From positions 608,001-672,000 of the forward strand of contig CBDCXM010000009.1 in assembly GCA_965223855.1 (NCBI GenBank): a DNA stretch of 64,000 bases, in the 5' to 3' direction. The position numbers were made by a program, and so were the translations under genes. Shown piece by piece: positions 1 to 7,315 of this stretch (the stretch's first letter is position 1; each line of letters begins with the position of its first letter). The notes beneath the pieces were generated by a model. That model ran no database searches and was not told the origin of the DNA. It saw only the letters and a list, made by a program, of their open reading frames with translations. Source of the DNA: Candidatus Multivoradales bacterium. GTDB lineage: Bacteria; Acidobacteriota; Thermoanaerobaculia; Multivoradales; JAHEKO01.

Positions 1-576
1 GATCGCCGCCAGCGAGCCGCCGAAGCGCAGCGCGAGATCGGCGGCCGACGCCCCCACCTCCCCGGCGAGCACCGGCACGAGGACGATCATCGGCACGATC
101 AGGAAGTCCTGGAAGAGCAGGATCCCCAGCACCATGCGCCCCTGGGGCGTCTCGGTCTCGCGCCGGTCGCCGTAGAGCTTGAGCACGATCGCGGTGCTCG
201 ACAGAGCGATGACGAAGCCGAAGAAAATCGCCCGCTCGATCGACAGGCCGAGCGCCAGGCTCGCCCCCGCCACCAGCACCGCCGTCACCCCCACCTGCAG
301 CGTCCCGCCGACGAGGAACGGGCGGCGGAGCTCCCGTAGCTTGGCGAGCGACAGCTCGAGACCGATGACGAACAGCAGCAGCACGACGCCGATCTCGGCG
401 AACACCTCGACATCCTCGGTGTCGGAGACCCAGCCGAGCGCCGACGGGCCGATCAGCACACCGGTCAGGAGCAGCGCGACGACCGGCGGGATCCGCAGTC
501 GCGCCGTGACCAACAGAACGGTGACCGCGCTCGCCAGCAGGACGACGCTTTCCTGAAGCAGGTGTTCCAGGTGCAC
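1..576 (-). CDS. CPA2-family cation:proton antiporter (Kef-like), N-terminal part, runs off the window
   Basis: Manual translation from GTG 576: MHLEHLLQESVVLL...IGPSALG...AEIGVVLLLFVIGLELS...STAIVLK...LFQD, which are CPA2 motifs. Not in the ORF track because it is truncated. Confidence 0.85.
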   Translation of the reverse strand, partial: MHLEHLLQESVVLLASAVTVLLVTARLRIPPVVALLLTGVLIGPSALGWVSDTEDVEVFAEIGVVLLLFVIGLELSLAKLRELRRPFLVGGTLQVGVTAVLVAGASLALGLSIERAIFFGFVIALSSTAIVLKLYGDRRETETPQGRMVLGILLFQDFLIVPMIVLVPVLAGEVGASAADLALRFGGSLAAI

Positions 577-707
577 GGGGGGATTCTACGGGTCGGCTGC
601 CAAGATGCCGTCTCGACTCGAGAACGAACTCACTCCCAACGGAGTCCGGAAGGACAGCACGAGCGTCAGACCCTCGCCCCTCTTGACTTGACCCAGAGTC
701 ACACCAC

Positions 708-736
708 TTGACAACAGCCTTTCGTTCGTCCATACT
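708..736 (+). promoter_or_regulatory. sigma70-type promoter of the retron locus
   Basis: TTGACA (708-713), 17-nt spacer, CATACT (731-736); predicted TSS about 743. Confidence 0.7.
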
Positions 737-742
737 CCCCTC

Positions 743-1145
743 ACTTCGGCCTTTGATTCAAAGGCCCAGATCTTTGAGACGTAGAGAATCTCTCTTGCGA
801 GAGCGATCAGAAGGGGAAGATTCATGGAGCAGCGTCAACGCTGGCGCTGTTCGGGCTCCCGAGCCCTCTTAATGGGGACACATCCCCGCGACCGATTGCG
901 GTCGAAACCTTCCACCACCCCTTGGCTGACTACCTACTGGTCTCGGTCTGACTATTCTCAGATCTAGATCGAATTGGTTCAGTTAGGAGTTGTGAGAGGA
1001 CAACGCGGCGGCAGCTGCGTTTGAAAGACGGGTTAACCAACGCTTCATCCCGGCGAATCTCGATCCAACCTTCTTTTCGGCGGCGGAAGGGCAATGGAGT
1101 CTTTCCGAGATTGCAAGGAGGTTTTCTATGAAAACCAAAGATCTG
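743..1145 (+). ncRNA. Putative retron ncRNA (msr/msd-like structured leader) overlapping the start of the small ORF
   Basis: No credible sense-strand ORF. Hairpins at 748-766, 827-852, 853-866, 874-887, 889-904, 1002-1021 and 1053-1114. Bracketed by the long duplex 767-800/1111-1145. Lies upstream of a retron RT. Confidence 0.7.
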
Positions 1146-1349
1146 TCGCTCGCGCTCGCCAACCTTAGGCGTCTTCGGGCGGAACCGGGATTGGAGTTAG
1201 GTCATCGAAAGGTCCTGAACAAAGCTGAGAGGGAACTGAAAGCAGTAGCGCGATCAGGTAAGCCGCAACCCGACAGGGTATATCGAGCGGTAGAGCTGAT
1301 TTGCGAAGTTGCTCTTGAGGTGCTCTTTCAGTCGACGTCGGTGCGATAG
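1128..1349 (+). CDS. 73-aa basic helical small protein, candidate retron effector/toxin
   Basis: Strong SD AAGGAGG (1115-1121) 6 nt before the ATG; first gene of the retron operon. Confidence 0.75.
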   Translation: MKTKDLSLALANLRRLRAEPGLELGHRKVLNKAERELKAVARSGKPQPDRVYRAVELICEVALEVLFQSTSVR

Positions 1350-1380
1350 ACCAGGTTAACCCGTATTTCCATGAACTTCT

Positions 1381-1689
1381 ATGAACTACGGTAAAGCAAT
1401 AAAGATATGTCGCGCTGCATTCGACCTGAGCCAGGTCGATCTGGCGGCGCACCTATCTATTGGCCCGAGTCAGCTGTCGTTGGTCGAGGCTGGAAAGAGA
1501 CGTCCCAGCACGCGGACGATCGAGGAGATTTGCCAAACCCTTGGAATTCCGCCAGCGCTATTCCATGTACTCGCAGCCGACGGCGACACTCTGCAGTCAC
1601 AATCAAACGAACTAGTTTCCTCCCTTGGTGAGAGCCTTCTGCGGCTTCTGGTTTCCTCCTCATCGTCAACGGGCTCACGGCTCTCATGA
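1381..1689 (+). CDS. XRE/Cro-C1 family helix-turn-helix protein
   Basis: IKICRAAFDLSQVDLAAHLSIGPSQLSLVEAGKRRPS matches the HTH_3 pattern; ATGA overlap with the RT. Confidence 0.9.
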   Translation: MNYGKAIKICRAAFDLSQVDLAAHLSIGPSQLSLVEAGKRRPSTRTIEEICQTLGIPPALFHVLAADGDTLQSQSNELVSSLGESLLRLLVSSSSSTGSRLS

Positions 1690-2564
1690 GGCCGCTTCTT
1701 TCCCTTCGAGATCTTGAGTGGAGACTCGAGATCCCACGTGAAGTACTTCGCAAGATCGCGAGTTCGATTCCGCTGCACTACCATCCTTGGCGAAAGGGAA
1801 ACCGGCTCATCGACAATCCGGACGAGCAGTTGAAGCACATCCAGCGGAGGATCAACTCTCGCCTCCTTGACGAGCTCGACTTGCCACTTCACCTTCACGG
1901 CGGCGTTCGTGGCCGATCACCTCGAACCAACGCACAAGCGCACAGCGCCGCCAAAACTCTCGTACGAATCGATGTAGAGAGGTTCTTTCCAAGCATCACG
2001 AACCGGCACGTGTACGGTGTGTGGCGCGACCAACTCGGAGCAGGCCGAGATGTGGCCAAGCTCCTGACTCAGCTGACGACGTATCGTTTTCGACTCCCGC
2101 AAGGCGCTCCATCAAGCGTAGCGCTAGCGAATCTCGCGCTGGCTCCGATCGAAGATTTCCTCTTGGTGCGTTCTGAGGAACTCAACATCGTTTTCACCCG
2201 TTTCGTTGACGACATCGCGTTGTCCGGGGACTATCCGCAGGAACTTATTCAAGACGTCGTTACGGGGCTTCGCTCGCTCGGCCTACGAAACAACCGCAAG
2301 AAGCTGAATATCATGGGGCCCCAATCGAACCGCCAACTGACCGGGCTCAACACCGAGAGCAGTGGCGGTCCTAGCGTCCCTCTGGAGTACCGAAATGGCC
2401 TGCGGTCAGCGGTCCATCGATATCGGCATTCTCGAGACGGCTCCGAGGAGAAGTCTAAGGCTCTCGACAGACTAAGGGGCCGAATCAACTACGTAAGGCA
2501 GACCAACCCCGGCTCGGCGAGATCACTTGAAGAGCTGCTGGTTGCCGTTGAAGCCCACGCCTGA
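1686..2564 (+). CDS. Retron-type reverse transcriptase (292 aa)
   Basis: Region X NAQAH (NAxxH), DVERFFPSI, LPQGAPSS, catalytic FVDD, region Y QLTGL (VTG-like); no maturase, endonuclease or Cas1 domain. Confidence 0.93.
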   Translation: MRPLLSLRDLEWRLEIPREVLRKIASSIPLHYHPWRKGNRLIDNPDEQLKHIQRRINSRLLDELDLPLHLHGGVRGRSPRTNAQAHSAAKTLVRIDVERFFPSITNRHVYGVWRDQLGAGRDVAKLLTQLTTYRFRLPQGAPSSVALANLALAPIEDFLLVRSEELNIVFTRFVDDIALSGDYPQELIQDVVTGLRSLGLRNNRKKLNIMGPQSNRQLTGLNTESSGGPSVPLEYRNGLRSAVHRYRHSRDGSEEKSKALDRLRGRINYVRQTNPGSARSLEELLVAVEAHA

Positions 2565-2688
2565 GCATAGGTGGGCATCGCCGGTTTAGACCCAGCCGGT
2601 ACCGGCGAATGGACTGGGTCACGGAGTATTCCTCAGCGTCCGGCAGTAACCACCTTTCGCTCAGCTGTCCTGGCCGGTACCATCCCGC

Positions 2689-5600
2689 ATGCTTGATCGT
2701 CAGGTCGAATCAGGCCTGAACGTCTTCCACCCGACGATCGCGCGCTGGTTCACCGAGTCGCTCGGCACACCGACCGACGTCCAGGCGCGCGCGTGGCCGC
2801 GGATCGCCGCCGGGGAGCACCTGCTGGTCAGCGCTCCGACCGGTACCGGCAAGACGCTGACCGCGTTTCTGTGGGCGCTCGACCGGCTGCTCACCGGAGC
2901 GTGGGAGGGCGGGCAGGTGCGGGTGCTCTACGTCTCGCCGCTGAAGGCGCTCAACAACGACGTGCGGCGCAATCTGCTCTCACCGCTGGCGGCGTTGGAG
3001 ACTGCGTTCGAGACCGCCCGAGAGCCCTACGAGCCGGTGGAGGTGATGACCCGCAGCGGCGACACGCCGCAATCGGAGCGCCAGCGGATGGTGCGGCGGC
3101 CGCCGGAGATCCTGATCACGACGCCGGAGAGCCTCAACATCCTGCTCACCTCCAAGGGCGGGCGGTCGATCCTCACCGGGCTCGAGACGGTGATCTTCGA
3201 CGAGATCCACGCCGCCGCCGGGTCGAAGCGCGGCACCCACTGGATCACCGCCGTCGATCGGCTGGTGCCGCTGGCGGGGGAGTTCCAGCGCATCGCGCTC
3301 TCCGCCACGGTGCGGCCGCTCGAGACGGTGGCGCGCTTCGTCGGCGGCTACGAGATGCGGCCACTCGACGACGAGGGACGCGAGGTCGAATACCGCGAGC
3401 GGCCGGTCGGGATCGTCACCTCGGAGCGGGCGAAGGCGTACGACCTCGAGGTCGATCTCGGTGCGCCACAGCTTGCGGACGCGACCGCACCCGGCGGCAC
3501 AGTCCCGGGCACAGGCGAAGCCGGCATCAACGAAGACAAGGAGGAGAATGCCTGGGAGAGCCTCGCCGCCCGCATCGTCGACGTGGTGGCGCGCAACCGC
3601 TCGACGCTGGTGTTCGCCAACTCGCGCCGCACCACCGAGCGGCTGACGCGGCTGATCAACGAGCGCGGGAGCACCACCGGCAACGCCAGTCTCGCCTACT
3701 CCCACCACGGCTCGCTGTCGCGGGAGCTCCGCACGGTGGTCGAGCGCAAACTCAAGAACGGTGAGCTCCGGAGCATCGTCGCCACCAACTCGCTCGAGCT
3801 CGGCATCGACATCGGCTCGCTCGACGAGGTGGTGATGGTGCAGACGCCGCCGACGGTCGCGGCGGCGGTGCAACGGCTCGGGCGCGCCGGCCATCAGGTG
3901 GACGCCGTCTCGCGCGGGCGGCTCTATCCGCTGTTCGAGCGCGACCTGGTGAGCGCTGCCGTGGTCGCCCGCTGCGTGCTCGAAGGGGACATCGAGGAGG
4001 TGCGGCCGATCGAGGGGGCCCTCGACGTGCTCGCGCAGGTGATCCTCTCGATGGTCGCCACCGAGGCGTGGCCGCTCGACCGCCTTTTTCACACCGTGCG
4101 TTCGAGCGCCCCTTACCACCGCCTCAGCCGGCGGCAGTTCGACCTGGTTCTCGAGATGCTCGCCGGCCGCTACGCCGACACCCGGGTGCGGGAGCTGGCG
4201 CCGCGGGTGACGATCGACCGGGTCGAGGGGGTGGTGCACGCGCGCCCCGGGGCGGCGATGAGCGTCTACCTCTCCGGCGGCACGATCCCCGACCGCGGCT
4301 ACTTCGGCCTGCGCACCGTCGACACCATGGCGAAGCTCGGCGAGCTCGACGAGGAGTTCGTCTGGGAGCGCCGGGTCGGCGACACCTTCTCGCTCGGCGC
4401 CCAGAACTGGCGGGTGCGGCGGATCACTTCGAGCGACGTGCTCGTCTCCCCCGCACACCGCTCGGCCGCCATGACCCCGTTCTGGCGTGCCGACGCGCGC
4501 AACCGCAGCTTCTTCCTCTCCGAGCGGCTGGGCACGTTCCTCGAGACAGCCGACGCCCATCTCGAGGAGCCGGGCGGCCGTGAGGCGCTCCTGGCCGCCC
4601 TCACCGAGCGCCACGCGCTGAGCGCCGAGGCCGCCGCCGCGCTGGTCGATCTGCTGGAGCGCCAGCGCGAGGCGACGGGCGGGTCGCTCCCCCATCGGCG
4701 CCATCTGCTGGTCGAGCACGCCGACGACGCCACCGATCAGTCGGGCGGCAGGCGGATGCTGCTGCACACCGGCTGGGGCGGGCGCGTCAACCGGCCGTTC
4801 GCCATCGCGCTGGCGGCGGCGTGGGAGGAGCAGAGCGACCTGCCGCTCCAGATCGAAGCCGAGAACGATGTCGTGCAGATCGTCCTGCCGTCGCCGATGG
4901 CGATCGACGACCTGCTGGCGCTGGTGCGGCCCGACAACATCGAGAGCCTGCTGCGCGCCCGGCTCCAGCGCACCGGCCTCTTCGGCGGCCGATTCCGCGA
5001 GAACGCCGGCCGCGCGCTGCTGCTGCCGCGCTCCGACCTGCGACGCCGGATCCCGCTGTGGCTCACCCGCGAGCGCTCGAAGAAGCTCCTCGAGTCGGTC
5101 GCCGGCCACGAGGACTTCCCCGTCGTCGTCGAGACCTGGCGCACCTGTCTGCAGGACACCTTCGACCTGGAGGCGCTGCGCCAGGTGCTCGATGAGCTCG
5201 ACCGAGGCGAGATCCGCATCACCGAGTGCCGCACGCTCGCACCGTCGCCGTTCGCCGCCGCACTGGTCTGGCAGCAGACCAACCGGCTGATGTACGAGGA
5301 CGACGTGCCGGAAGGGGGCGGCGAGCTCAGCCGCACTCTCCTCCAGGAGCTGGTGTTCTCGTCGCAACTGCGCCCGCGACTCCCGGCCCAGTTGATCGAC
5401 ACGTTCCAGCGCAAGCTCCACCGCACCTTCCCGGGGTACGCGCCGACGACGATCCCGGAGGTCGACGCCTGGATCGGCGAACGGTTGGCGCTGCCGGTCG
5501 AGGAGTTCGAGGCGCTGCTTGCGGCGCGGGCGCGCCAGGTCGGCGACGCCACTACGGCCGAGCTGCTGGAGCTGGTCGATACCGAGGCGTGTGTCGTCAG

Positions 5601-7293
5601 CACGGCCGGCGGCGGGCGCTGGATCTCGGCACTCGAGCGCCTGCCGCGGGTGCTGCGCGGGCTGTCGTTGACTCCCGAAGACGTCGAGCTGACCTCGATC
5701 ACCGACCCTGGAGGGCCGGTGTCCGCGGAGTTCCGCTCCCATCTCGAGGAACTGTGGCAGAGCCGTGAAGATCCGGGCGAGGGCGCCGGGGAGGCGCTAC
5801 GGGCGCTCCTTGCCGAGTGGCTGCGCTTCTACGGCCCGATCCCGCCACGGATGCCGGTCGCGGTCTTCGGGCTCGAGCCCGCGGCGGCGCAGCGCGCGCT
5901 GGCGGCGCTGGTCGACGACGAGACGCTGGTGCTCGACCGCTTCCGCCGCGACGACGATGACGAGGAGCTGTGCGACGCCGAGAATCTGGAACGATTGCTG
6001 CGGGCGCTGCGCGCCCAGGCACGACCGTCGTTTCAGGCGCTACCGCTCGACCATCTGCCGCTGCTGCTGGCCGAGCGTCAGGGGCTTGTTGGCCGCGGCG
6101 ACGGCATCGAGGGGCTGCAGGACGCGCTCGAGGGGTTGCTGCTCTACCCGGCGCCGGCCGGGAGCTGGGAGTCGGATCTGCTGCCGGCGCGCCTCGCCCC
6201 CTACTACCCGGCGTGGCTCGACTCGGTGCTGCTCGAGAGCGACCTGGTGTGGATCGGCTGCGGGCGCGAGCGCACGACCTTCACCTTCGCCGAGGAGCGC
6301 GAGCTGCTGGCGGAAGCGCCGATCGACGAGGACCTCGCCGGAGAGCTGCCGCCGGAGATCGACGAGGCGTTCGCCTTCGGCCGCCGCCGGGCGTTCGAGG
6401 AGCTGGTGCGCTCGCAAGATGCACCGGCGGCCGACCTGGCGGCGAAGCTCTGGCGCGCGGCGTGGCGCGGCGAGCTGTCGAACACCACCTTCTCGGTGGT
6501 GCGCCAGGGAGTACTCCAGCGTTTCAAGCCAGCGGCAGCGGCGGAGCGGCGTCCTCCGAGGCCCGGCGGCCGGGGCAGCCGCTCCGCCGTCGGCCGACGC
6601 GCCTTCGATCGCTGGAAGTCGGCGCGTCCCTCGGGCGGCGACTGGTTCCGGCTCGACCCGGTCGCCGCGCCCGAGGACCCGCTGGCGGCCGAAGACCTCG
6701 AGCGCGACCGCGCCCGGTTGCTGCTGTCGCGCTACGGCATCCTCTTCCGCGAGCTGCTCGACCGCGAGCTGCCGAGCTTCCAGTGGTCTCGGATCTTCCG
6801 CGCCCTCAGACTGATGGAGCTCTCGGGCGAGGTGGTGGCGGGGCAGTTCTTCGAGGGAATCCACGGCCCGCAGTTCGTCTCGCGCTCGACCTGGCGGCGG
6901 CTCTCCGAGGGACTCGGCCAGGGGGAGGTCTACTGGGTCAGCGCAATCGACCCGGCGGCGCCGTCGGGGATCGCTCTCGACGAGTGGCGCGAGCGCTGGC
7001 TGCCACGCCGCTCGTCGAACCACCTGGTGTTCGAGGGGACGCGGCCGGTGGTCCTTTCGCGCCGCCACGCCGCCGAGCTCGACATCACGGTGCGCCCCGA
7101 CCACCCGAAGCTGCCCGAGTATCTCGGCTTCCTGAAGGTGCTCCTGACGCGCGACGCTCAGCCACGCAAGGCGATCGACATCGAGACGATCAACGGCGAG
7201 CCGGCCAAGCGGAGCGCCTTCGCCGGCCCGCTGGGAGAACTCTTCAGCACCACCCGCGAGGCGAAGAGCCTGCGGCTGCGCCGGCGCTACTGA
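2689..7293 (+). CDS. lhr: Lhr family ATP-dependent helicase (full-length, 1534 aa)
   Basis: APTGTGKT, YVSPLKAL, TTPESL, DEIH, SAT, HHGSLS, SLELGIDIG, QRLGRAGH, GGTIPDRG and the Lhr C-terminal region. Confidence 0.93.
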   Translation: MLDRQVESGLNVFHPTIARWFTESLGTPTDVQARAWPRIAAGEHLLVSAPTGTGKTLTAFLWALDRLLTGAWEGGQVRVLYVSPLKALNNDVRRNLLSPLAALETAFETAREPYEPVEVMTRSGDTPQSERQRMVRRPPEILITTPESLNILLTSKGGRSILTGLETVIFDEIHAAAGSKRGTHWITAVDRLVPLAGEFQRIALSATVRPLETVARFVGGYEMRPLDDEGREVEYRERPVGIVTSERAKAYDLEVDLGAPQLADATAPGGTVPGTGEAGINEDKEENAWESLAARIVDVVARNRSTLVFANSRRTTERLTRLINERGSTTGNASLAYSHHGSLSRELRTVVERKLKNGELRSIVATNSLELGIDIGSLDEVVMVQTPPTVAAAVQRLGRAGHQVDAVSRGRLYPLFERDLVSAAVVARCVLEGDIEEVRPIEGALDVLAQVILSMVATEAWPLDRLFHTVRSSAPYHRLSRRQFDLVLEMLAGRYADTRVRELAPRVTIDRVEGVVHARPGAAMSVYLSGGTIPDRGYFGLRTVDTMAKLGELDEEFVWERRVGDTFSLGAQNWRVRRITSSDVLVSPAHRSAAMTPFWRADARNRSFFLSERLGTFLETADAHLEEPGGREALLAALTERHALSAEAAAALVDLLERQREATGGSLPHRRHLLVEHADDATDQSGGRRMLLHTGWGGRVNRPFAIALAAAWEEQSDLPLQIEAENDVVQIVLPSPMAIDDLLALVRPDNIESLLRARLQRTGLFGGRFRENAGRALLLPRSDLRRRIPLWLTRERSKKLLESVAGHEDFPVVVETWRTCLQDTFDLEALRQVLDELDRGEIRITECRTLAPSPFAAALVWQQTNRLMYEDDVPEGGGELSRTLLQELVFSSQLRPRLPAQLIDTFQRKLHRTFPGYAPTTIPEVDAWIGERLALPVEEFEALLAARARQVGDATTAELLELVDTEACVVSTAGGGRWISALERLPRVLRGLSLTPEDVELTSITDPGGPVSAEFRSHLEELWQSREDPGEGAGEALRALLAEWLRFYGPIPPRMPVAVFGLEPAAAQRALAALVDDETLVLDRFRRDDDDEELCDAENLERLLRALRAQARPSFQALPLDHLPLLLAERQGLVGRGDGIEGLQDALEGLLLYPAPAGSWESDLLPARLAPYYPAWLDSVLLESDLVWIGCGRERTTFTFAEERELLAEAPIDEDLAGELPPEIDEAFAFGRRRAFEELVRSQDAPAADLAAKLWRAAWRGELSNTTFSVVRQGVLQRFKPAAAAERRPPRPGGRGSRSAVGRRAFDRWKSARPSGGDWFRLDPVAAPEDPLAAEDLERDRARLLLSRYGILFRELLDRELPSFQWSRIFRALRLMELSGEVVAGQFFEGIHGPQFVSRSTWRRLSEGLGQGEVYWVSAIDPAAPSGIALDEWRERWLPRRSSNHLVFEGTRPVVLSRRHAAELDITVRPDHPKLPEYLGFLKVLLTRDAQPRKAIDIETINGEPAKRSAFAGPLGELFSTTREAKSLRLRRRY

Positions 7294-7315
7294 GCGCGGC
7301 CTGCTCCGGCCAGCA

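Larger units (their letters stand above)
590..2680 (+). other. Lower-GC insert carrying a retron-type locus (ncRNA, small ORF, XRE-HTH, RT)
   Basis: Visibly more AT-rich than the flanks, atypical codon usage, sits between two divergent host genes, contains a retron RT. Confidence 0.85.

Noticed and set aside
586-825. 79-aa minus-strand ORF in the retron leader
   Set aside because: No recognisable motif or SD. It overlaps the retron promoter and the RNA duplex arm, so the region is better explained as regulatory. Not formally excluded.
1686-2564. RT as a group II intron, DGR or CRISPR-associated RT
   Set aside because: Short, with no maturase or endonuclease domain, no TR/VR repeat pair, no cas genes or array; it carries the retron NAxxH and VTG-like motifs
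2980-5742. Long antisense or alternate-frame ORFs (e.g. 920 aa here; also 25540-28149, 31777-34428, 58129-60825)
   Set aside because: Shadow ORFs expected in high-GC DNA; they lie opposite well-supported genes and have no motifs
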